From the IMG/VR virus record IMGVR_UViG_3300035703_000041, positions 31,225 through 95,224 of that record: a stretch of 64,000 nt of DNA; one strand, 5' to 3'. How positions within the stretch are numbered: position 1 is the first letter of the stretch; each line of letters starts with the position of its first letter. Shown piece by piece: positions 27,226 to 37,782 of the stretch. Origin of the DNA: a virus. The position numbers were made by a program, and so were the translations under genes. The notes under the pieces were generated by a model. The model was not told the DNA's origin, made no database searches, and worked only from the letters and a program-made list of their open reading frames with translations.

Positions 27226-28302
27226 ATGGCGAGTTTAACCACAGTTGGTCCAAGGATCAAATCAATATGTGGTATGTTGAGCGATATAGGTCGCGATCAA
27301 TCAACAGAAGTTATTGATTTATACTCGCCATTACTTAAAATAAAAAATCAAAAATCAGTTTGGGTTGGGATAAATTTAATATTTCCATCAAAAAAAGAAT
27401 TGTTAGTTCCTGTTACAAAGGAAACTAAATGTTATATTGCAACCTTTCATGGTGATCCTATTGATTCAAAATGGATTAAATCTACTTCAGAAAGACTATT
27501 ACAATATGATAAAAACTTATTAAAAAATTTTATTGTATGCAGCAATTATCCAAATCCACAAATACCACAAAATATCAAACATTTTCAAATTGAGCATTTG
27601 CATTTGTTGCCAAAATTTTATGGTAATAGCAACTTACACTTATCTCGCCCTGCAAAATATAGACAATTTAATTTTAGTTTTTATTCTTTTCGACCAAGTT
27701 GGTATAGGACAGCATTATTCATTTGTCTATACCGTTTAGAAAAAGCAATTTTATCTTTTCCTAACAACCCAGACTTAAACGATAAAGAATTAAGAAACTT
27801 TTTAAAAGAGAATGATATTGAATGCTCATTTGAGGATTTAGAAAGTTTTTTACCACTGCCAGTAGATAATTATTTTGAAAGTAATACAGACTTGCAACAC
27901 GCATGGTCAGTAAATAATATCGCGTATCAAAACTGCCTTATTAATGTTGTAAATGAATCATCTATAGAATATACTGGACATATGAGTGAAAAAAGTTTTA
28001 AACCGCTTATTAGCAAAACTTTACCAATTTATAGTAATCAAGCACAAATTTCTCGTCTTAGAGAATTTGGATTTAAAATAAATTCATCTTTTTATGATAA
28101 TCATCCAAATTCAATTATTAGGCAAGTTAACACACTAAAAAACTTGTTAAAATTACCTAACAGTAAATTAATTGACGTTGTTAACGAATATGCAGATCAT
28201 AATAGAGATTGGTTTTTTAATAATTTTTATGATAAAATTACAGAGGAAAATCAAGGTGTTTTAAAAGAGCTAGTTGAATATGTTAAAAATATTGTAGATT
28301 AA
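27226..28302 (+). CDS. hypothetical protein, possibly glycosyltransferase-related
   Basis: INVVNES...SEKSFKPL...LREFGFK pattern; very AT-rich. Confidence 0.5.
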   Translation: MASLTTVGPRIKSICGMLSDIGRDQSTEVIDLYSPLLKIKNQKSVWVGINLIFPSKKELLVPVTKETKCYIATFHGDPIDSKWIKSTSERLLQYDKNLLKNFIVCSNYPNPQIPQNIKHFQIEHLHLLPKFYGNSNLHLSRPAKYRQFNFSFYSFRPSWYRTALFICLYRLEKAILSFPNNPDLNDKELRNFLKENDIECSFEDLESFLPLPVDNYFESNTDLQHAWSVNNIAYQNCLINVVNESSIEYTGHMSEKSFKPLISKTLPIYSNQAQISRLREFGFKINSSFYDNHPNSIIRQVNTLKNLLKLPNSKLIDVVNEYADHNRDWFFNNFYDKITEENQGVLKELVEYVKNIVD

Positions 28303-28351
28303 TAACAAGAATAATACTATTGTATTCGTGTTAAAAACACATGTAGAGGTA

Positions 28352-28375
28352 GGTCAGCCGCAAGTGACTAGGAGG
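28352..28375 (+). promoter_or_regulatory. hairpin abutting the polymerase SD (candidate autogenous translational operator)
   Basis: GGTCA-GCCGCAAG-TGACT (5 bp stem, 8 nt loop) followed by AGGAGG. Confidence 0.4.
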
Positions 28376-28379
28376 TTTC

Positions 28380-31040
28380 ATGAGTTATGTAGACTGTCTG
28401 TTTGACAGAGAGCGTGATCGCATTCACGTTGTAGAACGAGTTAACGGAGAACGCCGTTACACAGATTATCCCGCACAATATATTTTCTATTACGATGATC
28501 CTAAAGGTAAGTTTAAAACTATCTACGATACTCCAGTAAGTAGATTTAGTACACGTAATAACAAAGAATTCCGCAAGGAACTAGCAGTACGCAAAGGTAA
28601 GACAACATGGGAAAGCGATATGAATCCTGTGTTTCGTTGTCTTGCTGAACATTATTTAGGCAAAGACGCGCCTAAACTACATGTAGCATTTTTCGACATC
28701 GAAACAGATTTTGATCCTGAACGAGGATTTAGTAGCCCAGAAGATCCGTTTACTAAAATTACGGCTGTTACTGTTTATCTACAGTGGCTAGATCAACTAG
28801 TTACACTTGCTATGCCACCTAAATCTATGAGCATGGAAAGTGCAAATGAAATTGCTGCTAAGTTTGATAACACATTTATGTTTGAAGATGAAACAGATTT
28901 AATTAAAACTTTCTTAGATCTAATTGAAGATGCTGATGTATTGAGTGGATGGAACAGTGAAGGATTTGATATTCCTTATATGATTAATCGCACTACAAAC
29001 ATCTTAAGTAAAGATGATACTAGACGTTTTTGTTTGTGGCAACAACTTCCTAAAGGCAGAGAATACGAAAAGTTTGGTGCAACACGTCAAACATATGACT
29101 TAGTTGGTCGTATACATGTTGACTATATGAACTTGTATCGCAAGTATACATATGAAGAACGTCACAGCTATAGTCTCGATGCTATTGGTGATTATGAGTT
29201 AGGTGAACGCAAGGTAATTTATGAAGGTAGTTTGGATGCATTATATAACAAGGACTTTGAAAAGTTTATTGCGTATAACAGACAAGACGTTGCACTACTT
29301 GGTAAACTAGATAACAAACTTAAATTTATGGATTTAAGTAATGTGCTCGCACATGAGAACACAGTGCTTATTCAAACAACTATGGGCGCAGTAGCACTTA
29401 CTGAACAAGCTATTATTAACGAAGCACATAGTCTTGGATTAGTTGTACCTGATCGTAAAAATCATGGCAGCGATACACAAGCTGCTGGTGCTTATGTTGC
29501 TTATCCTAAAACTGGATTACATGAATGGATTGGTGCAATTGACATTAATTCGCTTTATCCTTCAAACATTCGCGCACTAAACATGGCGCCAGAAACTATC
29601 GTTGGGCAATTGCGTCCAATCATGACTGACAAATACATTAACAATAAAATTGATAATGAAAAATGTTCCTTTGCAGAAGCATGGGAAGGACTTTTTGGTA
29701 GTTTAGAATACACTGCGGTGATGGAGCAAAAACGAGGAGTGGAGATCACTGTTGATTGGGTAGATGGCACTGAAGATATTTTTACTGGCCATGAAGTCTA
29801 CAACATGATTTTTAAGAGTAATCAACCTTGGATCCTAAGTGCAAACGGAACGATCTTTAGTTATGAACGCAAAGGTGTTGTACCTGGACTGCTTGAACGT
29901 TGGTATGCAGAACGTAAAGTACTACAAAAGAACTTGAAGGCAGCTATCGCAGCAGGTGACAAAGAACAAATTGAATTTTGGGACAAGCGCCAGCTAGTTA
30001 AGAAAATTAACTTGAACTCACTGTATGGTGCAATTCTTAATCCTGGTTGTAGGTTCTTCGACAAACGCATTGGACAATCAACTACGCTTACTGGTCGTAC
30101 AATTGCAAAGCATATGGATGCTTATGTTAACGAGTGTATTACTGGCAAATACGATCACACAGGTGATGCAATCATTTATGGTGATACAGACTCTGTTTAC
30201 TTTAGTGCATGGCCAATTATTAAAGATGATGTTGAAGCTGGCCGTATGGAATGGAACAAAGAAATTTGTGTGCAGCTATATGATAGCATTGCAGATCAAG
30301 TTAATCAAAGTTTTCCTGCATTTATGGAACAAGCATTCCACTGCCCACGTGAACTTGGTGAAATCATTAAAGGTGGTCGTGAACTTGTAGCTACACGTGG
30401 TCTGTATATTACCAAAAAACGTTATGCTGTTATGATTTATCAAAAAGAAGATAAACGTATTGATGTTGATGGTAAACCTGGCAAAGTAAAAGCTATGGGA
30501 CTTGATCTTAAACGAAGTGATACTCCTAAAGTTGTACAAGACTTTTTAATGAAAGTTCTAATGGATGTATTACAAGGTGCTAACGAACAACAGGTACTAG
30601 ATAAGATTGTTGAATTCCGTAAGGAGTTTAGTGAACGACCTGCATGGGAAAAGGGCACACCAAAGCGTGTCAATAAACTTACATATTATGGAAACATGGA
30701 AAAGCAACACGGTAAATTTAACATGCCAGGACATGTAAGAGCCGCTGTAAATTGGAACACACTACGTAAGATGCATGGTGATAACTATAGTCAAAAGATA
30801 ACTGATGGACAAAAAGTTATTGTATGTAAGCTTAAGGATAATCCACTAGGTTATACTAGTGTTGCCTATCCAATTGATGAAAATCACTTACCTGAATGGT
30901 TCTTAGAAATGCCATTTGATCATAGTTCTATGGAAGGAACTATTGTTGATGGTAAGGTTAAAAACTTGCTTGGTGTTCTTAACTGGAATTTAGCAAGCAC
31001 TGCTGGTGACCAAAACTCATTTAATCTAATGTTTGGATAA
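28380..31040 (+). CDS. family B DNA polymerase (gp43-like)
   Basis: Exonuclease FFDIET, GWNSEGFDIPY, YNRQDV; polymerase DINSLYPS, KINLNSLYG, YGDTDS, KKRY. Confidence 0.97.
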   Translation: MSYVDCLFDRERDRIHVVERVNGERRYTDYPAQYIFYYDDPKGKFKTIYDTPVSRFSTRNNKEFRKELAVRKGKTTWESDMNPVFRCLAEHYLGKDAPKLHVAFFDIETDFDPERGFSSPEDPFTKITAVTVYLQWLDQLVTLAMPPKSMSMESANEIAAKFDNTFMFEDETDLIKTFLDLIEDADVLSGWNSEGFDIPYMINRTTNILSKDDTRRFCLWQQLPKGREYEKFGATRQTYDLVGRIHVDYMNLYRKYTYEERHSYSLDAIGDYELGERKVIYEGSLDALYNKDFEKFIAYNRQDVALLGKLDNKLKFMDLSNVLAHENTVLIQTTMGAVALTEQAIINEAHSLGLVVPDRKNHGSDTQAAGAYVAYPKTGLHEWIGAIDINSLYPSNIRALNMAPETIVGQLRPIMTDKYINNKIDNEKCSFAEAWEGLFGSLEYTAVMEQKRGVEITVDWVDGTEDIFTGHEVYNMIFKSNQPWILSANGTIFSYERKGVVPGLLERWYAERKVLQKNLKAAIAAGDKEQIEFWDKRQLVKKINLNSLYGAILNPGCRFFDKRIGQSTTLTGRTIAKHMDAYVNECITGKYDHTGDAIIYGDTDSVYFSAWPIIKDDVEAGRMEWNKEICVQLYDSIADQVNQSFPAFMEQAFHCPRELGEIIKGGRELVATRGLYITKKRYAVMIYQKEDKRIDVDGKPGKVKAMGLDLKRSDTPKVVQDFLMKVLMDVLQGANEQQVLDKIVEFRKEFSERPAWEKGTPKRVNKLTYYGNMEKQHGKFNMPGHVRAAVNWNTLRKMHGDNYSQKITDGQKVIVCKLKDNPLGYTSVAYPIDENHLPEWFLEMPFDHSSMEGTIVDGKVKNLLGVLNWNLASTAGDQNSFNLMFG

Positions 31041-31048
31041 GTATATGC

Positions 31049-32050
31049 ATGGGACTTCCTCTAAGTGAAATATTCAATCGTCTTATTAAAATAAGAAATT
31101 TGAATTTTGATGGCAATAAACAAGATATCTTAAACAAGATTGATAGTTTTAATAACTACCTTAAAAACGTTAAATTTATAGAATCCAATGAATTAAAAAG
31201 TATTGAAGAAAAGCTAGTTAAAGAATTAAACAATTATAGCGAGTTAATTAAAAAAATTGAACTTAAATTAGAAAAAGCAGTTTTAGATAATGAAGCATCT
31301 TACATTAAAGCAAGCAAAAAAATGTATGTTGAAAATTTAGAAAAAATGTTGTTTGAAGAACATTTAGAGTGGAGTCAACTATGGCCGCCAACTGATTTAG
31401 AATTTGATCATTTTTTAAATCAAATCAAACAATATATTAATTGGCAAGAACCATCTTTAATTTTTGGTGCTAATAATTCTAAAATATTAAAAGCAACGAT
31501 CGGTACTGAGCCAATTTATATTTTAGAACGCTATCCAGAATATTTTAACTTACAAAAAGAAAAATTTAATGTAAGCTTTTCAAGAAAATTACGTTTTTAT
31601 GATATTAACTCAATTAATTTATTACCTAAAAATAGTATTGGGTTATTGATATGCTTTAATGAACTTAACTTTCTGCCGTGGGATATTAGTTCTTATCTAT
31701 TAACTACGTTTTCTCAAATATTATCACCAGGCGGGAAACTTATTTTCAATTATAATAACTGTAAGACACTTAGAGGTTTTGTAGAATTTGAAAACCAAAG
31801 TATGGTATTTTCAACTCCTGAAATGTATATTAAACATTTAAAAAAATATAATTTAAATTGTATACACGAATATACATCAAACAGAGAAACATTTAGTTTT
31901 ATGATTTTTGAAAAAAGCGGAGTTAAAAACTTAGTTAAGAAAAGTCCTAGTGTTGGATATATTAAACAACAGCTAACATTATCAAAACCTGTTGAACACA
32001 AAGCTAGAATTGAACATATTGAAAAATTAATAAACAATAAATTGACCTAG
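31049..32050 (+). CDS. degenerate methyltransferase-fold protein
   Basis: LPKNSIGL...ILSPGGKLIFNYN resembles the C-terminal half of class I methyltransferases; very AT-rich. Confidence 0.5.
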   Translation: MGLPLSEIFNRLIKIRNLNFDGNKQDILNKIDSFNNYLKNVKFIESNELKSIEEKLVKELNNYSELIKKIELKLEKAVLDNEASYIKASKKMYVENLEKMLFEEHLEWSQLWPPTDLEFDHFLNQIKQYINWQEPSLIFGANNSKILKATIGTEPIYILERYPEYFNLQKEKFNVSFSRKLRFYDINSINLLPKNSIGLLICFNELNFLPWDISSYLLTTFSQILSPGGKLIFNYNNCKTLRGFVEFENQSMVFSTPEMYIKHLKKYNLNCIHEYTSNRETFSFMIFEKSGVKNLVKKSPSVGYIKQQLTLSKPVEHKARIEHIEKLINNKLT

Positions 32051-32070
32051 CGATAAATAAAACTTATAAT
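32042..32070 (+). promoter_or_regulatory. sigma70-type promoter with an embedded TAAATA
   Basis: TTGACC-17-TATAAT; TAAATA at 32054. Confidence 0.65.
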
Positions 32071-32096
32071 AATAACATTAACAATAAAGGTAAAAT

Positions 32097-32828
32097 ATGA
32101 AAGACTACTTAATCGACATCGTTAAGCACACTGTCAACATGGGGTGTTTTGAAACACTACGCATTGACGGTACAGATGCTGAAACTAAACTTAGTTCAAC
32201 TGAAAAAGAACGTACAGTTGTTCTAAGAGCAAAACTACATGGTACCATTAAAGAGTTTGAAGGTACTTTTGGTGTACCAAACTTAGCATTGCTTAATACA
32301 ATTTTGAATATTCCAGAGTATCAAAGTGATGATGCTAAGATTACTGTGGAACGTAGAGCTATTAATAACGTAGAACAACCAACTAGCATTAAGTTTGAAA
32401 ATGGTGTTGGTGACTTTAAGAACGAGTTTCGTTTGATGGCATCTAACTTAATTGAAGCTATCGAGCCACTACTCAAGTTCAACGTTACAAGTTGGCCAGC
32501 TACATTTGTACCAACAGTAGCAGCACAAAGCAGACTTAAGTATCAAGCATCTGCACATCCAGAAGAAAAAGCTGTAACTTTCCGTATTGAAAATGGCGAA
32601 GTACGTGCAAATATGGGTGATGGTTCAAGTCACAATGGTAGCTTTGTTTTCCATACTGGCGTAGACAAAAAGATCAAGGAAACAATTGTAGTTCCCGTAG
32701 CGGTTGTAACAAGTGTGCTTGCACTTGCTGGCGACAAAACAATGCAAATGGGTGGACCAGGAATGATGATTAGCGTTGACTCTGGTCTTGCTAATTATGA
32801 TTATATCATTCCAATGTTGACAAAGTAA
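32097..32828 (+). CDS. probable DNA polymerase sliding clamp (gp45-like)
   Basis: 243 aa, near the polymerase; FGVPNL..L..IL and C-terminal YDYIIP patterns. Confidence 0.55.
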   Translation: MKDYLIDIVKHTVNMGCFETLRIDGTDAETKLSSTEKERTVVLRAKLHGTIKEFEGTFGVPNLALLNTILNIPEYQSDDAKITVERRAINNVEQPTSIKFENGVGDFKNEFRLMASNLIEAIEPLLKFNVTSWPATFVPTVAAQSRLKYQASAHPEEKAVTFRIENGEVRANMGDGSSHNGSFVFHTGVDKKIKETIVVPVAVVTSVLALAGDKTMQMGGPGMMISVDSGLANYDYIIPMLTK

Positions 32829-32838
32829 GGAGTAAAAA

Positions 32839-34587
32839 TTGGCAGAGCAATCTAACAAACAATCAAATCATGATTTATATAACTTTCAAAAAGGGGAAAA
32901 ATTAGAAAAGCCAAACTTTGCGGTATTCCTGCCTGCCATTTCTACTTTTTACAATACAACAATTAGCAAGCACAGACATACAGGGAGTTATGTTAATCCA
33001 AACAGAATTCCTCAGTCTTTGCCGCATGGTGTTGAAAGCTTAAACTTTTTAGATCCACAAAAAAGTATATTCTTTTATCCGTGGGCGCTTTACTCAGCTG
33101 GACATGCTAATTTAGATGTGTCTAAACCTATACCTAAGGAAAGCATGACACGCGATCGTCCACGAGATGGAACAACATGGTTGCTTGGTGATTCAGGCGG
33201 GTTCCAAATTGGTAAAGGTAAATGGGAAGGAGAGTGGAGAGATCCAACTGGCCCTGAAGTTACAGCACAAATGGCTGCATATGTAGCACAGGGTATTGAA
33301 ACAAAACCCGTATTAGACAAAAATGGTAATCCTAAACTTGATAAAAATGGCAACCCAAAAACAATCAAAATTGATCATGCTAAAAATTATCAAGCAAAAC
33401 TAGATGCAGCACAAGATAAGCGTAAAGCAGTTCTTGAATGGATGGATGCATATATGGATTATGGCATGATCCTTGATATTCCTGCCTGGGTATCACGTAG
33501 CCCAGCTGGCATTGCAGCAACAGGTATTACTAGTTATCAAGAAGCTGTTAACGCAACCAAGTATAATAACGAGTTCTTTATTAAAAACAGAACAGGTGCT
33601 TGTAAGTTCTTAAACGTACTACAGGGCGAAACACATGCAGATGCAGACGATTGGTATCAACAAATGAAAGATTTCTGTGATCCTAAAAAGTACAGCAATC
33701 ACTTTAATGGTTGGGCAATGGGTGGACAGAACATGTGTGATGTACACTTAATTCTCAAACGTTTGGTAGCATTACGGTTTGATGGTTTACTTGAAAAAGG
33801 ATTGCATGATTGGATGCACTTCTTAGGCACAAGCAAACTTGAGTGGGCGCTACTGTTAACTGATTTACAAAGTGCTGTACGCAAGTATCATAATGAAGAT
33901 TTTACTATTAGCTTCGACTGTGCAAGTCCATTCTTAGCAAATGCTAACGGATTAATCTACACTTTTACAAAAGTTGAAGATAGAGAAAAGTGGATTTATA
34001 AGATGGAACCAAGTGTTGATGATCGCAAATACAGCACAGACACAAGACTATTACGTGATGCAATGATACAAGATAAAATTGTTCCTGTATTTGAAGATAG
34101 TTTAGTATCTTCATTATTACAAGTTAAGGATATTTGTACTTATCAACCAGGTGCAGCAAATAAGATGGGCATTGTGTCTAAGACAAGTTGGGATAGCTTT
34201 AGTTACACATTGCAAATGGCTCATAATGTTTGGATGCACTTAGATGCGGTACAAAAAGCTAATGATGCTTATGCAAACAAAAATATGTCACCAAATATGT
34301 TAGTAGATGAACGATTTGATCGTATCTATTTTAGAGATATTATTAATAGTATATTTGAAACAAGCGACAGAGCTGTAGCGGAAGCTAGGATTGAGGAATG
34401 GAATAGCTTTTACTTGCGTATTATTGGACAACGTGGTGCTGTTGGTAAGAAAACTCTAAATAGCAAAACTGCATTTAATGAAATGTTTGATATACCGCCA
34501 GTTAGTTTTGATACAGTTACTATTGAAGATGAATATGTATTAGATCAAAGCAAAGCAGATAAATTAGATGAGGACGAAGATGTTTAA
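32839..34587 (+). CDS. dpdA: 7-deazaguanine DNA transglycosylase (TGT-fold, DpdA family)
   Basis: LGDSGGFQ, MILDIP, LNVLQG, WMHFLG, SFDCASP TGT-barrel motifs; clustered with folE/queD/queE and the polymerase. Confidence 0.8.
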   Translation: MAEQSNKQSNHDLYNFQKGEKLEKPNFAVFLPAISTFYNTTISKHRHTGSYVNPNRIPQSLPHGVESLNFLDPQKSIFFYPWALYSAGHANLDVSKPIPKESMTRDRPRDGTTWLLGDSGGFQIGKGKWEGEWRDPTGPEVTAQMAAYVAQGIETKPVLDKNGNPKLDKNGNPKTIKIDHAKNYQAKLDAAQDKRKAVLEWMDAYMDYGMILDIPAWVSRSPAGIAATGITSYQEAVNATKYNNEFFIKNRTGACKFLNVLQGETHADADDWYQQMKDFCDPKKYSNHFNGWAMGGQNMCDVHLILKRLVALRFDGLLEKGLHDWMHFLGTSKLEWALLLTDLQSAVRKYHNEDFTISFDCASPFLANANGLIYTFTKVEDREKWIYKMEPSVDDRKYSTDTRLLRDAMIQDKIVPVFEDSLVSSLLQVKDICTYQPGAANKMGIVSKTSWDSFSYTLQMAHNVWMHLDAVQKANDAYANKNMSPNMLVDERFDRIYFRDIINSIFETSDRAVAEARIEEWNSFYLRIIGQRGAVGKKTLNSKTAFNEMFDIPPVSFDTVTIEDEYVLDQSKADKLDEDEDV

Positions 34588-34834
34588 GATTGAGGGTGAT
34601 TATATGTATATCAGTACATATGCACAAAACGATTACAGCACTACAAACAACGGGCAACCAGGAATAAAAGTCCAAGTATCCCTAATGCCAAGCATTGCAG
34701 ATTTACTAAGACGTTTAGAAACAATGGAGCGCGAGTGGCAGGAACAGAAGAAACTTATTGACTCAAATCCTGCTGTTAAAGCAAGTTATGATCAATTTCA
34801 ACAAATGATAGCTTTAGCTAAAGAGGCTGCTTAA
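34580..34834 (+). CDS. hypothetical protein
   Basis: GAGGA SD; C-terminal NPAVKASYDQF motif. Confidence 0.65.
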   Translation: MFKIEGDYMYISTYAQNDYSTTNNGQPGIKVQVSLMPSIADLLRRLETMEREWQEQKKLIDSNPAVKASYDQFQQMIALAKEAA

Positions 34835-35346
34835 TGTTAGAGAACAGACAAACTCGTACATTCTTTACTGGTGTTGAAGTTGAACATACAGTTGCGTATG
34901 GTTCTAAAACACTTTTTATTATAGGCACACCATCTATAGATATGATCAACACTGAGATACGTGATCTTGCAGAAGATAACTTTATTACTCAACATTTGTA
35001 TTTTGGTACAAGTCAAACGTATAAAAATATTGATATGGAAACTGCAAAAACTTTTGAACATTTGATCATACATTATCTCGATAATAGTAACTTCTGGGTT
35101 ACACTAGATTTTGATGTAGCAGATATTAATCGTATACATGAAGCTGGCTATTGCAAATATAATCGTTTTATACCAATGATTAGTGTTAAGCTGCCTTATA
35201 TTAATTTGCTTAACTATCATGCTACGCTTAAGCTAGATGATACGCAGTGGGGACACAGTAATCCAGGAGTATGGACACATCACTTGCAAAGCTTGCTTGG
35301 TAAGAATGTCTATACTGATTGGAGCGCATATAAAGGCGATAAATGA
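34834..35346 (+). CDS. hypothetical protein in the dpd cluster
   Basis: Stop-start coupled ORF; FFTGVEVEHT and SNPGVW motifs. Confidence 0.7.
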   Translation: MLENRQTRTFFTGVEVEHTVAYGSKTLFIIGTPSIDMINTEIRDLAEDNFITQHLYFGTSQTYKNIDMETAKTFEHLIIHYLDNSNFWVTLDFDVADINRIHEAGYCKYNRFIPMISVKLPYINLLNYHATLKLDDTQWGHSNPGVWTHHLQSLLGKNVYTDWSAYKGDK

Positions 35347-36236
35347 AAAGTTTAGTTGTTGGGTTAGGTATTGGGCGTTTATATGTAGACGTGTTAGCAA
35401 AGATGGGTGCTGATGTTGTAACTGTTGATACAGATGCAAATAAAAATCCATCTTTCACCAACTTTGCAGAAGCATGTGCTAGTGCTAAGTTTGATACTGT
35501 TCATATTTGCACACCAAACTTTACACATGAAGATCTATTTTATGATTATGTAAAGTCAAACCCAAAAGAAAACAGCATCGTATTTGTTGAGAAACCTGGA
35601 TTTAAAACAGCACAACGTTGGCAAAAAGCTACTGATGCACCTGTTAGACTTATGATGGTTAAAAATAATCAATATAGATCTAATATCAAAGATATGGAAA
35701 ATGATGCAAATAAATCATTAGCGATTTATGGTCGTTGGATAAACTACAATCGTGTTCCAAATCCTGGTACTTGGTTTACTACAAAAGAACTTGCATGGGG
35801 CGGTGTTAGCAGAGATTTAATGCCACATATGTTAAGTTATATTCCCATATTTGTTCCAGATTATAGAAATAGTAAAATAGTTACAAAAATTGTACAACAG
35901 CGTTCTCGCTTATCAGATTTGACGTCAAGCGATTATGGTGTTGTTAAAGAAGATGGAATTTATAATGTTGATGACTATTGTTCGTTACAACTAACTTACA
36001 ATGGTATAAATGTCTTTTTAACTACAGATTGGCGCAGTATGCGTGAAGATGATGTATCAATTGGTATGAATAAAGGATCCATATATACATTAGGACTTTG
36101 TCCAGAAGAAGCGTATGCTACTATGATAAAGACTGCTGTTGAAAAACAAAACAATGCTAATTTTTGGTTTTCACAAAAACTGCAAGATATTTGGATACAC
36201 AAAATACTAGAGGAATTAGATGCAACGAACAGTTAA
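35343..36236 (+). CDS. Gfo/Idh/MocA-family NAD(P)-dependent oxidoreductase
   Basis: VVGLGIG, ICTPNFTH, VFVEKP, GGVSRDLMPH. Confidence 0.88.
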   Translation: MKSLVVGLGIGRLYVDVLAKMGADVVTVDTDANKNPSFTNFAEACASAKFDTVHICTPNFTHEDLFYDYVKSNPKENSIVFVEKPGFKTAQRWQKATDAPVRLMMVKNNQYRSNIKDMENDANKSLAIYGRWINYNRVPNPGTWFTTKELAWGGVSRDLMPHMLSYIPIFVPDYRNSKIVTKIVQQRSRLSDLTSSDYGVVKEDGIYNVDDYCSLQLTYNGINVFLTTDWRSMREDDVSIGMNKGSIYTLGLCPEEAYATMIKTAVEKQNNANFWFSQKLQDIWIHKILEELDATNS

Positions 36237-37131
36237 ACTACTCACTACAAAAGGCGATGGCAAGTTTATTGAAGTAGACTGGGTAAAACCAGAGATTACA
36301 CCGTATGAGATTGAAGTAGCCGCACTTATGACTGGTGTTTGTCGCAGTGATATTGATATGATGAACGGACAGTTTAACTTGCCAATGGAAATGCATGGAC
36401 ACGAAGGACTCGGTGTTGTCACTCGAGTTGGTAGTAGCATTCCAGACGTATTTGTCGGCGACTACGTTGCTACACGCGGCGAACCAGCTTATGCAGACCT
36501 TTATAATGTAGCAGTCGGCTCGTATGTTAAAGTTCCTAAACCAGATCCAAAATACATTGTAGAACCAATCGCTTGCGGTATCAATGTGTTTAGCGAAGCA
36601 ATGCTACGCTCGAATATTTTTAATGGACAACGTATTGCTATTATTGGCACTGGTTTCTTAAGTCATGTTGTTTACACTAATTTTAACATACGTGGTGTAT
36701 GGTCTGGTATTGATATAATTGGAAATCACAATAAAGAATTTTGGGAAGAAGAACATAGCATTGTCGTACAAGAAAAATCAGATGGCAAATATGACGTTGT
36801 AATTGATTTAAGCAATAACGACATTTCATTAACGCAGGACATATACAAACCAAACGCATTGCTAGTATTTGCAAGTTCAAAGCATCCAAGCATTACGAGC
36901 ACGTTTGATCACATTCTTTGGAACGCTGTAACTATGATATGCCCTAGCCCACGTTCACCAGGATTTCATTCGTGTATGCTTGAAGCAGTACATCAAATTG
37001 AAGCTGGTAAATTGGACGTTAGTAACTTTTGGACACGTGGATACAATCGTCATACGCAAGAATGGCGTTTGGCATTTGCGGATAGTTTGGATCGCCCACC
37101 AGGATTCAACCGCGCATACATTTATTGGTAA
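36220..37131 (+). CDS. zinc-dependent medium-chain (sugar/alcohol) dehydrogenase
   Basis: GVCRSD, GHEGLG, VEPIACG, IIGTGFL. Confidence 0.88.
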   Translation: MQRTVKLLTTKGDGKFIEVDWVKPEITPYEIEVAALMTGVCRSDIDMMNGQFNLPMEMHGHEGLGVVTRVGSSIPDVFVGDYVATRGEPAYADLYNVAVGSYVKVPKPDPKYIVEPIACGINVFSEAMLRSNIFNGQRIAIIGTGFLSHVVYTNFNIRGVWSGIDIIGNHNKEFWEEEHSIVVQEKSDGKYDVVIDLSNNDISLTQDIYKPNALLVFASSKHPSITSTFDHILWNAVTMICPSPRSPGFHSCMLEAVHQIEAGKLDVSNFWTRGYNRHTQEWRLAFADSLDRPPGFNRAYIYW

Positions 37132-37145
37132 TACCAATTTAACCT

Positions 37146-37174
37146 TTGACAAAACATTCTTTTTACAGTAGGAT
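37146..37174 (+). promoter_or_regulatory. sigma70-type promoter, probably leaderless transcript
   Basis: TTGACA-17-TAGGAT; ATG 6 nt downstream. Confidence 0.6.
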
Positions 37175-37180
37175 ACGAAA

Positions 37181-37594
37181 ATGCACACAACAGCAGTTGA
37201 CAAAATGATTTGGGTAACATTTAGCAGGGAAGGTATTCACCGTTATCCTGCTGCACTTGAAGATCCCAAACTGAAGACAGGCGATGAATATGATGTAAGT
37301 TTTCTTGGTCATCCCCATAGACATATCTTTCATTTTAAAGTATATATTGAAGTATTCCATGATGATAGGGATATTGAGTTTATCCAATTTAAGCGTTGGC
37401 TCAATAACCTCTATGGTCAAGGTGAATTGCAACTGGATTACAAGTCATGCGAAATGATTGCAAACGACTTGTATCTTAAAATCAACTCCAAGTATCCAAG
37501 GAGAGAAGTATGGATCGAAGTTAGCGAAGATAACGAAAACGGCACTTTTATTAAATTTGAAAACATTGAAATTAATGAGGATGAAGTACAATGA
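37181..37594 (+). CDS. QueD paralog, DpdL-like (proposed CDG decarboxylase)
   Basis: LGHPHRHIF matches the LxxxHRHxF signature; SCEMIA and VSEDNENG T-fold motifs. Confidence 0.7.
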   Translation: MHTTAVDKMIWVTFSREGIHRYPAALEDPKLKTGDEYDVSFLGHPHRHIFHFKVYIEVFHDDRDIEFIQFKRWLNNLYGQGELQLDYKSCEMIANDLYLKINSKYPRREVWIEVSEDNENGTFIKFENIEINEDEVQ

Positions 37595-37782
37595 AGGAAC
37601 AGCTAACTAAAATTTTCGACGACCTTGATAACTATCGCAAGTTTTGCGTAGAGTATGGGTATGTGTTTAATGAAGCACATCTATACAAGGGTGATACCCC
37701 TTGGGGCCAGTATTCACGCTGGCGTAGGGGAGACCGTGTAGTTGACAATTGGAAGAAGGATAGCCGCTATGTTATGGAATAA
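37591..37782 (+). CDS. hypothetical protein
   Basis: ATGA-coupled 63-aa ORF. Confidence 0.7.
   Translation: MKEQLTKIFDDLDNYRKFCVEYGYVFNEAHLYKGDTPWGQYSRWRRGDRVVDNWKKDSRYVME

Noticed and set aside
28380-31040. Intein or intron in the DNA polymerase
   Set aside because: The 886-aa ORF is continuous, with normal motif spacing and no splicing motifs
32839-34587. Ordinary tRNA-guanine transglycosylase (tgt) for queuosine
   Set aside because: It lacks the CxCxxC zinc site of bacterial Tgt, sits beside replication genes, and no queA/queF/queC is seen; DNA-acting DpdA is preferred, though unproven
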